Shown here piece by piece: positions 43,310 to 52,349 of a stretch of DNA of 64,000 nucleotides. Position 1 is the first letter of the stretch, and each line of letters opens with the position of its first letter. A program made the position numbers and the translations under genes. The notes beneath the pieces were generated by a model that saw only the letters and a list, made by a program, of their open reading frames with translations, searched no databases and had not been told where the DNA came from. The DNA lies in assembly GCA_963791085.1 (NCBI GenBank), contig CAWBQG010000003.1, positions 119,447 to 183,446 on the forward strand, given 5' to 3'. This DNA comes from an uncultured Acidobacteriaceae bacterium (GTDB lineage Bacteria; Acidobacteriota; Terriglobia; Terriglobales; Acidobacteriaceae).

Positions 43310-45490
43310 TTATTTCTTCGTCGCAGCGCCCGGTCCAATCCATTGATCGACCCAGTCGTTGACCGTCTTCCACCAGAGCTGCGAATTCTGCGGCTTCAGC
43401 ACCCAGTGGCCTTCGTCGGGGAAGTAGAGCATTTTCGACGGCACGCCCATCGTCTGCAGAGTGGTGAAAAGCTGGAAGCCTTCGCTCACGTCGAGGCGGT
43501 AGTCGAGTTGCCCGTGCACGACCAGCGTCGGCGTCTTGAAATTCTTCGCCGCGTTGCGCGGAGACCACCTCTCATACATCTCCGGATTCGTGTACGGCGT
43601 GCCCTTGAACTCCCACTGGTTGAACCAGAGTTCTTCGGTCGTGCCCCAGGCCGAAACGAGGTTGAACATGCCGTCGTGCGAGACGATGCACTTGAAGCGG
43701 TCGGTGTGGCCGAGCACCCAGTTGGCCGCGTATCCACCGTAGCTCGCGCCCAGCGCGCACTCGCGGTCTTTGTCGATAAACGGATAAGTCTTCTCCGCGT
43801 AGTCGAGCCCCTTCATCAGGTCTTCAAACGGAGCCCCGCCCCAGTCGCCATTGATCGCGTCAACAAACTTCTGCCCGTATCCAGTCGAGCCGTGGAAGTT
43901 GATCATGATGGCCACGTATCCATTGGCAGCAAAGAGTTCCGGATTCCAGCGATACGACCAGTCGTCGTCCCAGGCTCCCTCGGGCCCGCCGTGGAGGAGG
44001 AACTTCACGGGATATTTCTTGGAAGCATCAAAGTTCGGCGGCTTGACGAGGAAGCCTTCGACTTTGTCGCCGTGAGCGCCGGTGAACCAGAAGGGTTCGA
44101 GCGGAGACATGGCGACTTGCGAGAGAACGGCGTCGTTGAAAAGCGTCAGCTTATGCGGAGGCGGCGGAGGAAGGTGACCGCACGGGTTGTCGCGCCCGTT
44201 GGGGCAAAGAAGGGAGCTGTATATCGCATTCGGCTCCTGGACAGAGTTGTTTGTAAAAAGGATGTCTTGGCCATCTGAAGTGACCACCAAATCATCGGAC
44301 GTGGCCATTATCAAAAGCGGAACTTCGAGTCGCTCGCCGGTTGCCACCAAGACGGAATAAACGGGAGATCTCCCCTGATCCTCGGCGCTGAAAAAAATCC
44401 GCGTCGAAAACGGTGACCACGTGAAGGTACCCACCCAGCCGTCAAAACCTTCGGTCAGGTTCTTCTTCTCACCCGTCTTGCGGTCGTACTGCATCAGCCG
44501 GAAGCGGTCGCTCTCGTATCCCGGACGCTGCTGGGCGCGGTAGGCGATGTACTTGCCATCGGGCGAATAGAGCGGAGTCGAGTCGCTGGCGGGGTTGTCG
44601 GCGGTGATGTTCTTCGTCTTGGCCAGCACGTCGGCAGGCGTGGCGTTCGCGGGCCAGTTCACCGGAACGGTCCACAGATCGTTGTTCGTCGAAGTGGCTT
44701 CGACCTTGTCGTGATTCGAGGTGTAGCAAATCTCCTGCCCGTCAGGCGAAAAGGCATAGTCATCCTGCCCGCCGAGCGAGAACTCGGGAGAGTCGTGATC
44801 GCCGGGAGTCAGATCGCGCACTGCACCGCGGTCAGCGGAAGTGACGAGGATGTGCGTGCGTTTTCCTGCCTTGTAGGCGTTCCAATGGCGGTAGAGCAGC
44901 CGATCAAAAACCAGCGCTTTGACTTTCGAGTCTTCGGTTTCCTTCGTTTTTTTCGCGTTACAGGCGAGTTCAGCGTCAGGAGCGCCGTCGCATTCGGGAT
45001 AAACGTCCGACGTGAAGAGAATGTTCTTGCCGTCAGGCGACCAGAGTTCGCCTCCGGCTTCGGTCGCGATCGACGTGAGTTTATGTGCGCCGTTGACCGC
45101 GCCCGCAGCGCCATCGAAATCCGCAATCCAGACCTGCGAGCCGCCTTCTCGATTCGAGATGAACGCAAACCGCTTCCCATCCGGATCCCAGCGCGGACGG
45201 TCTCCATCTTGATCGGCAATGAGAATGTGCTCGGCGGCTGCTCCGCCTCGGACGGGCGAGGCACTCGTCGCTCCACTATCCAGCGGCACGATCCAGATGT
45301 GTGGAGTCTTCGTGTTGGCCGCCAGATCCACATCCACTGCGCTGAACAGCACCCACTTGCCGTCGGGCGAAGGCACCGGCTCGCCGACGCGCTTCAGCTT
45401 CATCATGTCTTCAAAGGTGAAGGGATGCTTGGCTTGGGAAAATGCGGGAAGGGAGAAACAAAGGACAAGCAGAAACACGAGACGGCGCAT
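43310..45490 (-). CDS. S9 family peptidase (beta-propeller + prolyl oligopeptidase/acylaminoacyl peptidase domain)
   Basis: 726 aa with a signal peptide. The catalytic domain carries GASYGGY (nucleophile) and a C-terminal GHW region. Confidence 0.9.
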   Translation of the reverse strand: MRRLVFLLVLCFSLPAFSQAKHPFTFEDMMKLKRVGEPVPSPDGKWVLFSAVDVDLAANTKTPHIWIVPLDSGATSASPVRGGAAAEHILIADQDGDRPRWDPDGKRFAFISNREGGSQVWIADFDGAAGAVNGAHKLTSIATEAGGELWSPDGKNILFTSDVYPECDGAPDAELACNAKKTKETEDSKVKALVFDRLLYRHWNAYKAGKRTHILVTSADRGAVRDLTPGDHDSPEFSLGGQDDYAFSPDGQEICYTSNHDKVEATSTNNDLWTVPVNWPANATPADVLAKTKNITADNPASDSTPLYSPDGKYIAYRAQQRPGYESDRFRLMQYDRKTGEKKNLTEGFDGWVGTFTWSPFSTRIFFSAEDQGRSPVYSVLVATGERLEVPLLIMATSDDLVVTSDGQDILFTNNSVQEPNAIYSSLLCPNGRDNPCGHLPPPPPHKLTLFNDAVLSQVAMSPLEPFWFTGAHGDKVEGFLVKPPNFDASKKYPVKFLLHGGPEGAWDDDWSYRWNPELFAANGYVAIMINFHGSTGYGQKFVDAINGDWGGAPFEDLMKGLDYAEKTYPFIDKDRECALGASYGGYAANWVLGHTDRFKCIVSHDGMFNLVSAWGTTEELWFNQWEFKGTPYTNPEMYERWSPRNAAKNFKTPTLVVHGQLDYRLDVSEGFQLFTTLQTMGVPSKMLYFPDEGHWVLKPQNSQLWWKTVNDWVDQWIGPGAATKK

Positions 45491-45543
45491 GCGGCGATCT
45501 CCTTGGTGGGAACAGGAGAGTGTAGCAAAGAGCAGGTGTCCGT

Positions 45544-45627
45544 GTTTCGAGGATGCAGAGTTTCAAAGTCGGCGGCGCTGCCGACCCGATTCCTCGCAAC
45601 CTTGAGATTCTGAAACCTTGAAACCTG
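45544..45627. repeat. family B element with central GC hairpin (tcggcggcgctgccga)
   Basis: 'gtttcgaggatgcagagtttcaaag ... cctcgcaaccttgagattctgaaaccttgaaac'. Confidence 0.7.
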
Positions 45628-45629
45628 CT

Positions 45630-45938
45630 TCACCCAAGCTCTTCCAGCATCGTCGTCATCTCCGATTGCGCGTGCGCGTTGCCGGTGCGGCGGGCCGACG
45701 CGATGCCATCCACCAGCATGCGCTTGGCTTCGGGGACACGATCAGCGCCGGCCAGAGTCTGCGCGGCCATGAAGTAGCCAGGAGTGTAGTCTGGATTTTT
45801 CTCGAGCAGCGTCTTGAATTCGGCGAGGGCGTGCTCGACGTCGCCGGCTTTGGAGTGCTCCAGCGCCAGCCCGTAGCGCGCAAAAGCATCGCCGGGATTG
45901 CTGGCCAGAATTTCGGTCAACATCGCAATACGGTCCAT
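45630..45938 (-). CDS. tetratricopeptide repeat protein
   Basis: 102 aa with a TPR-like helical pattern (ARYGLALEHSKAGDVEHALAEFKTLLEKNPDY). Confidence 0.7.
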   Translation of the reverse strand: MDRIAMLTEILASNPGDAFARYGLALEHSKAGDVEHALAEFKTLLEKNPDYTPGYFMAAQTLAGADRVPEAKRMLVDGIASARRTGNAHAQSEMTTMLEELG

Positions 45939-46070
45939 AAGTGAGGTCTCAAGTCACGCGTCTCAGGCCAGGAAGAAGTGTCCAATGCTGTTTGCCGGTC
46001 CAAAACGCCAATTGCTAATTCTTACCACGCCTCCCGGGCGTTACAATAAAATTTCTTCGAGGAAGAAAAG

Positions 46071-46487
46071 TTGGCTTGCCCTTATTTTATTCCGCGTGAA
46101 GTTGTGAACGACGGCTCGTGGCCGCACCCTTCGCGTTTGCCGTTGGGCGCGGGATGGAGCGGCGCGTGCAGCGCAACTGGACAGGAAATAACGCCCGCTG
46201 GAACGCACATCCGTGAATTCTGCAATCTCGGTTGTGCCACCGCATGTCCACATCTTCCTCCCGAGCGCGATTGGGATGCTGTCCGCTTTTCGGTCGCGGG
46301 TTCGAGCGGGGAACAGATCACGCTCCGCTACGCCTGCGAATTGCGCCATGCTCCCGTGACGCATGGGACACTGACTTACGACTTATCGGGAGAGAGTTGG
46401 ACGAGTACGCATCCGGATGCAAGAATTAACAGGCTGGCGGCCAGTTATCTGCATGCTTACCGAGTCCGCCGGAACGGCGTTCTCTGA
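46071..46487 (+). CDS. Cys-rich hypothetical protein
   Basis: 138 aa. The TTG start follows GAGGAAG. N-terminus MACPYFIPRE; further cysteines at CNLGCATACP. Family not recognised. Confidence 0.5.
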   Translation: MACPYFIPREVVNDGSWPHPSRLPLGAGWSGACSATGQEITPAGTHIREFCNLGCATACPHLPPERDWDAVRFSVAGSSGEQITLRYACELRHAPVTHGTLTYDLSGESWTSTHPDARINRLAASYLHAYRVRRNGVL

Positions 46488-46492
46488 CAGTT

Positions 46493-47002
46493 ATGAATCA
46501 AGTTGACAAAGTAAAGTTAGATCCGCGGCCGGTGCGGGAATCGATCTCGGAAATGGCCGAGATCATTTTGCCGAACGACGCCAACCCCCTGAATGCGCTT
46601 CTCGGCGGCCGACTCATGCACTGGATCGACCTGGCGGGCGCGATGGCTGCTCATCGGCACTCGCGCCAGTGGGTGGTGACGGCTTCCATCGACCACCTGG
46701 ATTTTCTGGTGCCCGTGCGCGTCGGCGATCTTATTATTCTGCGTTCGTCGGTGAATCGCGCGTTCCGCACTTCCATGGAGGTTGGCGTGAAAGTGTGGGT
46801 GGAGAACTATCGCGCCGAGGAAAAGCAGCATGTAAGTTCCGCGTATCTGACCTTTGTAGCCATCGATGCCGCCGGGAATCGTCTGCCGGTGCCGCCGGTG
46901 ATTGCCGAAACTGCCGACGAGAAGCGACGCTACGAAGACGCCGCGCGCCGGCGTGAAATTCGCAGGGTGGAAGCCGAACGCAGAAAAGCGGGACGCCGGT
47001 AA
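46493..47002 (+). CDS. acyl-CoA thioesterase (hotdog fold, YciA-like)
   Basis: 169 aa with motifs LPNDANPLNALLGGRLMHWIDLAG and VVTASIDHLDF. Confidence 0.85.
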   Translation: MNQVDKVKLDPRPVRESISEMAEIILPNDANPLNALLGGRLMHWIDLAGAMAAHRHSRQWVVTASIDHLDFLVPVRVGDLIILRSSVNRAFRTSMEVGVKVWVENYRAEEKQHVSSAYLTFVAIDAAGNRLPVPPVIAETADEKRRYEDAARRREIRRVEAERRKAGRR

Positions 47003-47107
47003 AGGTCGGGTGATCGGCCTCGCATCGGCAAGGATGGGGCACGCTGACTGTTGTCGTAGTAATTACGCATGTGGGCTCGCGCAGTGGGATGATTCGAGGC
47101 TTTTTCT

Positions 47108-48469
47108 ATGGAAAGCGCACTTCTGATTCACCGTCTTCACTTCGCCTTTACGGCAACCTTCCACTACCTTTTTCCGCAACTCACCATGGGTCTTGCCTTG
47201 CTGATCGTTGTGCTCAAGACGATCGCGCTGCGGCGGAAGGATCGCGTGTACGACGAGGCGGCACGCTTCTGGGCCAGGATTTTCGGGATTAACTTCGTGC
47301 TCGGGGTTGTGACCGGCATTCCCATGGAATTTCAGTTCGGCACGAACTGGGCAGTGTTTTCGAGATTTGCGGGCGGGGTGATCGGACAGACGCTGGCCAT
47401 GGAGGGCATGTTTGCCTTCTTCCTTGAGTCGGCGTTTCTGGGATTGTTTCTCTACGGAGAGAAACGGCTAAGCCCGCGCGCGCACTGGCTGTCGGCGGTC
47501 GCAGTCTTTGTGGGTTCGTGGCTGTCAGGATATTTCATTATCGCCACGGATGCTTTCATGCAGCATCCCGTCGGTTATTTCACCGCGCCGGACGGCAGCC
47601 TGCAGCTCGCGAGCTTCTGGGATTTCGTGTTGAACCGCTGGGCGCTCTGGCAATATGCGCACAACATGAGCGGTGCGGCGATCACGGGTGCGTTCGCCAT
47701 GACGGCGGTCGGCGCGTTTTATTTGCTATCTGGGAAGTGGACCGAGCATGGCCGCATCTTCGTGAAAGCGGGAGTCGTGGTGGGCTGCGTGTTCACCATC
47801 TTGCAGGTTTTCCCAACGGGCGACAGGCAGGGCAAAATGGTCGCCGATCATCAACCGGTAACTCTGGCGGCGATGGAAGGATTGTTCCACGGCCAGAATG
47901 CGGCGCCTCTGCTCCTCCTCGGCCAGCCGAACGAACTCGAAGGCAAGATTGAGAACCCGATTGAAGTGCCGGGCATGTTGAGCATGCTGACCTACCAACG
48001 CTGGAACGCCAACGTGCAAGGGCTCGACGCGTTTCCCAAAGACGATTGGCCGGGCAATATTCCGCTCCTCTATTACAGCTATCACATCATGGTCGGGCTG
48101 GGGACGTTTTTCATCGCGGTGATGGTGATTGCGTTGTTTCTGCTATGGCGCGGCAAAATATTCAACGCGCGGTGGATGCTCTGGATTCTCATGCTTTCGG
48201 CGCCTTTCCCTTACATCGCCAACACTGCCGGATGGATGACCGCTGAATTGGGACGCCAGCCCTGGCTGGTGTATGGGCTGATGCGCACCGAAAACGGTTA
48301 CTCTAAGGTCGTTTCGGCCGGCAACGGTATGTTTACGCTTCTCGGTTTCATGGGCATGTACACTGTGCTTGGAATTCTGTTCCTGTTTCTGGTGCGCAGG
48401 GAAATTGAACTTGGTCCCGCAGGGGATGGATCTGCGGCTCAACCCTATTCCTCGACGGAAGCGAGGTAA
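47108..48469 (+). CDS. cydA: cytochrome bd ubiquinol oxidase subunit I
   Basis: 453 aa with CydA motifs: RLHFAFTATFHYLFPQLTMG, GWMTAELGRQPW. Confidence 0.95.
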   Translation: MESALLIHRLHFAFTATFHYLFPQLTMGLALLIVVLKTIALRRKDRVYDEAARFWARIFGINFVLGVVTGIPMEFQFGTNWAVFSRFAGGVIGQTLAMEGMFAFFLESAFLGLFLYGEKRLSPRAHWLSAVAVFVGSWLSGYFIIATDAFMQHPVGYFTAPDGSLQLASFWDFVLNRWALWQYAHNMSGAAITGAFAMTAVGAFYLLSGKWTEHGRIFVKAGVVVGCVFTILQVFPTGDRQGKMVADHQPVTLAAMEGLFHGQNAAPLLLLGQPNELEGKIENPIEVPGMLSMLTYQRWNANVQGLDAFPKDDWPGNIPLLYYSYHIMVGLGTFFIAVMVIALFLLWRGKIFNARWMLWILMLSAPFPYIANTAGWMTAELGRQPWLVYGLMRTENGYSKVVSAGNGMFTLLGFMGMYTVLGILFLFLVRREIELGPAGDGSAAQPYSSTEAR

Positions 48470-48471
48470 CT

Positions 48472-49509
48472 ATGGCCAGGCTGTGGTTCTGGATTGTCGC
48501 GGTGATGGTGACCGCGTACGCCGTGCTGGACGGTTTCGATCTCGGCGCGGGCGTGATCTATCTGCTCGTGGCCAAGACCAACGACGAACGGCGGCGCGTG
48601 CTGCGCGCCATCGGCCCCGTATGGGATGGCAACGAGGTCTGGCTGCTGGCGGCGGGCGGTACGCTGTACTTTGCGTTTCCCTTGCTCTATGCGTCAAGTT
48701 TCAGCGGATTCTATCTTCCGCTGATGATCGTCCTGTGGCTGCTGATGCTGCGCGCCGTCGGTATTGAATTTCGCGTGCACATCGACAATTCCATCTGGCG
48801 GGATTTGTTTGACGTGGTCTTTGCCCTTTCAAGCATTCTGCTGTGCGTATTTCTAGGCGCGGCGCTGGGCAATGTGGTACGCGGTGTTCCACTTGATGCG
48901 ACCGGCTATTTTTTCGAGCCGCTCTGGACGAATTTCAAACTCGGGCCACAGACGGGAATTCTCGACTGGTACACCATTCTCACGGGCGTAGTGGCGCTGG
49001 TGACGCTGACGGCGCACGGCGCGCACTATGTCGCACTCAAGACCGACCAGGATCTTGGCCGGCGCGCCCGGGGCCTCGCACTGCTCTTATGGCCGTTGCA
49101 ATTCTTCCTGACGTGCGTTGCATTGATCGTCACCTACTTCATACGGCCAGAAGTCATGGCGAACTACCAGATGCATGCCATCGGGATTCTTGTGCCAATC
49201 ATCGTTTTCGCCAGCCTGGCGACGATGTTGTGGGCGGCTCCCAAAGGAAAAGAGAAAACTGCGTTCGTAGCCTCAACCCTCTATATCGTGGGGATGCTGG
49301 TTGGAGCGGCGTTTGCGCTCTATCCCATCGTTCTTCCCTCGCGTGATCGCGAACACGACCTTACCATTTGGAATACGAGTGCGGGCGTCCATGGCCTGAA
49401 CGTGGGCTTGGTTTGGTGGACGCTCGGCGCGATGCTGGCCGTGGCATACTTTGTATTCATCTATCGAATGTTCCGCGGCAAGGTGCAACTGGGAGAAGGG
49501 CATTATTAA
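48472..49509 (+). CDS. cydB: cytochrome bd ubiquinol oxidase subunit II
   Basis: 345 aa. It starts 2 nt after the cydA stop. Motifs: DGFDLGAG, WDGNEVWLL. Confidence 0.95.
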   Translation: MARLWFWIVAVMVTAYAVLDGFDLGAGVIYLLVAKTNDERRRVLRAIGPVWDGNEVWLLAAGGTLYFAFPLLYASSFSGFYLPLMIVLWLLMLRAVGIEFRVHIDNSIWRDLFDVVFALSSILLCVFLGAALGNVVRGVPLDATGYFFEPLWTNFKLGPQTGILDWYTILTGVVALVTLTAHGAHYVALKTDQDLGRRARGLALLLWPLQFFLTCVALIVTYFIRPEVMANYQMHAIGILVPIIVFASLATMLWAAPKGKEKTAFVASTLYIVGMLVGAAFALYPIVLPSRDREHDLTIWNTSAGVHGLNVGLVWWTLGAMLAVAYFVFIYRMFRGKVQLGEGHY

Positions 49510-49638
49510 CACCTAACATCGGATGAGCGATTGATCGAATCATTGTTGTTTTGCAGCAGATGGTCCGATCCGCACCTTCGTCCTCCCGTATAATCAACGC
49601 TTCGGCCGATTTGCGGCCGCTTCTGAAAGAGGATTCCT

Positions 49639-50487
49639 GTGAGCGCCCATTCTCATCATCCTGGCCAGCAACAGCCCACTCCGCAACCCTTGCCCGGCGT
49701 GAACGCGATCATCGCGGTCGGTTCCGGAAAAGGCGGAGTCGGCAAAACCACGCTTGCTGTAAATCTCGCCATCGCCCTGACAAAAATGGGCTACAAAGTC
49801 GGCCTGCTCGACGCCGATGTCTATGGCCCAAACGTTCCTCTGATGCTTGGAACGAATGAGCAACCTAAAGCGATGGGAGAAAATCAGATCGCTCCGATTC
49901 TGTCCAACGGGCTTAAGGTGATTTCGGTTGGATTCCTGAACCCAGGCGACAAGCCGCTGATCTGGCGCGGACCGATGCTGCATTCGATCATCCGTCAGTT
50001 TCTGGGATCTGTGCAGTGGGGAGAGCTTGACTATCTTGTGATTGACTTGCCTCCGGGAACGGGCGACGTGGCGCTCTCGCTCATCCAAACGGTGCCGCTG
50101 ACTGGATCGATCGTGGTTTCCACGCCTTCCGATGTGGCCTTGCAGGATGCCCGCAAAGCCATCGAGATGTTCCGCCAGATGAAGGTCGATATCGTGGGCG
50201 TGGTCGAGAACATGAGTTACTTTGTGTGTCCGCATTGCGAGCATGAGATCGACATCTTCTCGCGCGGCGGCGCGGAAAAGACCGCGAAGCAGTTCGATGT
50301 GGCTTTTCTCGGCAATATTGAACTGGATCCGGAGATTCGCAAGGCGGGAGACGGCGGAACGCCCGCGGTGCTGCAGGGCGAAGACTCGCCGCACGCGAAG
50401 TCGCTGTTCGAGTTTGCGCGAAAAGTTGTGGCGCGAGTCGAAGAGATCAAATCGAGCAGCTCGGAAGGCGTGATCCAGATTCAGTAG
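49639..50487 (+). CDS. apbC: Mrp/NBP35 family Fe-S cluster carrier ATPase (ApbC)
   Basis: 282 aa. The GTG start follows AGAGGA. Motifs: P-loop GSGKGGVGKTT and the CPHC cluster-bridging motif. Confidence 0.9.
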   Translation: MSAHSHHPGQQQPTPQPLPGVNAIIAVGSGKGGVGKTTLAVNLAIALTKMGYKVGLLDADVYGPNVPLMLGTNEQPKAMGENQIAPILSNGLKVISVGFLNPGDKPLIWRGPMLHSIIRQFLGSVQWGELDYLVIDLPPGTGDVALSLIQTVPLTGSIVVSTPSDVALQDARKAIEMFRQMKVDIVGVVENMSYFVCPHCEHEIDIFSRGGAEKTAKQFDVAFLGNIELDPEIRKAGDGGTPAVLQGEDSPHAKSLFEFARKVVARVEEIKSSSSEGVIQIQ

Positions 50488-50490
50488 ACG

Positions 50491-51648
50491 CTAGGCCTGT
50501 CCTTTGCGAAACCTTCCTAACCGATAGTGTGCGTTCGCCTCTTCGTCTTTCAAGAGCGACCGCGCGACCATTTCGCCGAGCGCGGGACCGTGCTTGAAGC
50601 CGTGGCCTGAACCGCCGCCGACAATCCAAACATTTTCATTTGCGGGATGGCGATCGACGATAAAACTGTGGTCGGTCGTGTCTTCGTATTGGCAGACGCG
50701 TGTCTCGATCAGCGGCGCGTCTTTCAATCCTGGAAATCGGTACCCCAGATAACGGCGCGCTTCGGCCAGACGATCCTGGCTGACCACGCGCTCGCCATTC
50801 GTAGGATCGAACTTCGGACCGCGTGTGTCGTCGGCTACCTTGAAGCCGCGTCCTTGATTTCCGGGAATGCCATACATGAAGCGATCGCTATGATCGGCCC
50901 AGACGGGAATATTTGATTCGTCGTAGCGCGAATCGCCCGCTGGAGTTCCAAAGAAAAAGACTTCTTGTTTGGTCGAGGCAAAGTGTGGGCCAATCGTGTG
51001 CGGAAAAAGTTTGCCGAGCCACGGACCGCACGCAAATACATAGCGGTCGGCGGTGAGCGCCGATTCATCCGATAGAAGCAACTGCTTCCACGTTCCGCCA
51101 TCAAATTGCTGCGTACGCGGTTCGTGGGTCACCACTGCTGCCTGCCGATATTCGCCGCCTTCGCCGATGAAATGTTCAACCACGGCTTGCGCCGATGCGC
51201 GAGCCAACAGGTATCCGCTCTCGGGTTCGTAGATTCCCCATTCGACCTTGTCGAAGTTGATCTGCGGCCAGCGCCGCATCATCTCTCTGGTCGAAAGCTG
51301 CTCGAACGGAATGCCCGCGTCTTTCAACAGCGGCAGCGAGCCGCGTTCGAATTCACCCGAGCCTTCGACCATCCACAAGACGCCAATCGGGAAGAAAAAG
51401 TTCCGTTTCCACTGGCGCTCATTTTCTTTCCACAGTTCGAGAGCGCGAGCGGCAAGTTTCGTGTACGGCTGATCTGGGCCATACGCGCCTCGAATCACGC
51501 GCGTCTCGCCGCCGGAAGAGGAGCGCGAATTTCCTGGTCCCCAAGCATCGACGAGAGTGACCCGTGCTCCGCTGCGCAGTAGATAGAGAGCGGTCCATCC
51601 GCCGAAGGCGCCTGCGCCGATCACGACGATGTGAGGTTTGCCGGGCAT
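50491..51648 (-). CDS. FAD-dependent oxidoreductase (DAO/sarcosine-oxidase-like)
   Basis: 385 aa with an N-terminal Rossmann motif (IVVIGAGAFGGWTA) and GGSGHGFKHGP near the C-terminus. Confidence 0.85.
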   Translation of the reverse strand: MPGKPHIVVIGAGAFGGWTALYLLRSGARVTLVDAWGPGNSRSSSGGETRVIRGAYGPDQPYTKLAARALELWKENERQWKRNFFFPIGVLWMVEGSGEFERGSLPLLKDAGIPFEQLSTREMMRRWPQINFDKVEWGIYEPESGYLLARASAQAVVEHFIGEGGEYRQAAVVTHEPRTQQFDGGTWKQLLLSDESALTADRYVFACGPWLGKLFPHTIGPHFASTKQEVFFFGTPAGDSRYDESNIPVWADHSDRFMYGIPGNQGRGFKVADDTRGPKFDPTNGERVVSQDRLAEARRYLGYRFPGLKDAPLIETRVCQYEDTTDHSFIVDRHPANENVWIVGGGSGHGFKHGPALGEMVARSLLKDEEANAHYRLGRFRKGQA

Positions 51649-51710
51649 GCCGCGCAGTATATCGTGACCTTATTTCTTAGCTAATTTGGCGATGTTCACT
51701 GGCTAGTACT

Positions 51711-51825
51711 GGGTACCCCCTCCCCCTATCCCGGTCTAATAGAATCATGACTTTAGAGCGTGTTTCCTTCCAAAGTATTCATCCGATTAGACTTAGATGG
51801 AAAGTATTCCGAAATAAGGAGTTAG
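51711..51825 (-). repeat. family D element, inverted copy
   Basis: Its reverse complement reads 'ctaactccttatttcggaatactttccatctaag...gatgaatactttggaagg...catgattctattagaccggg...ggtaccc'. Confidence 0.75.
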
Positions 51826-52223
51826 CTCCACGAAACAAGCTGAAAATGAGTTTGGGGCAGTTTCGGGATGCGTCCTGGCCAGTGGACACACTACGAAACT
51901 GCCCCAATCAGATTTCTATTTTCGCGCAGGTTGGGTGGGAAGTCTGTGATGGGTGCACGGGATTTTTGTGATGAAAAATCGCGGTGCTGGCCACCCGCTT
52001 ACAAGCGAATAATGGGCGAACAAAATATTTTTTAGAATACAGGCATGTACGTACAAGCTGCCTACAGACAACAAATGAAAGCGGTTCTGAGATTTCCTGG
52101 AGGTAAAAGGGGGCTTGACAAGGTGTGCTATGGACAATCGCGGCTGGCATGCGTGCCTCTATGTGGGCGACCGCTCCGAGGGCGAGGCGCCCTCGGAACC
52201 GCCGGCAAGGTGCCGGCGCTACA

Positions 52224-52280
52224 CCCAGGTCTCGCAAAGCGCAAGACCCTTCGACAGGCTCAGGGCAGGCTCTGGGGCAC
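52224..52280 (+). repeat. 57-nt repeat, family E ('cccaggtctcg.aaagcgc.agacccttcgacaggctcagggcaggctctggggcac'), copy 1
   Basis: 55/57 identical to 55677..55733 and in the same orientation. It contains a 'ggtctcg...cgagacc'-type hairpin. Confidence 0.85.
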
Positions 52281-52349
52281 CCGGCGCAGTTGTCTTCACT
52301 TTTAGCGACGTTTCCGCTTCTACGTGTACGGAATAAATGACGAAATGTC

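Noticed and set aside
43169-51825. A composite transposon or genomic island bounded by the inverted family D elements
   Set aside because: I recognised no transposase, integrase or recombinase and no target-site duplication. The interior genes are housekeeping-like (cydAB, apbC, peptidase) with normal GC.
51908-52340. Small ORFs at 51908..52237-, 52045..52305+, 52115..52340+ and 55513..55932-, 55632..55844+
   Set aside because: They are translations of dispersed repeats (for example the ...RQAQGRLWGT... / ...PFDRLRAGSG... peptides of family E), with no start context.
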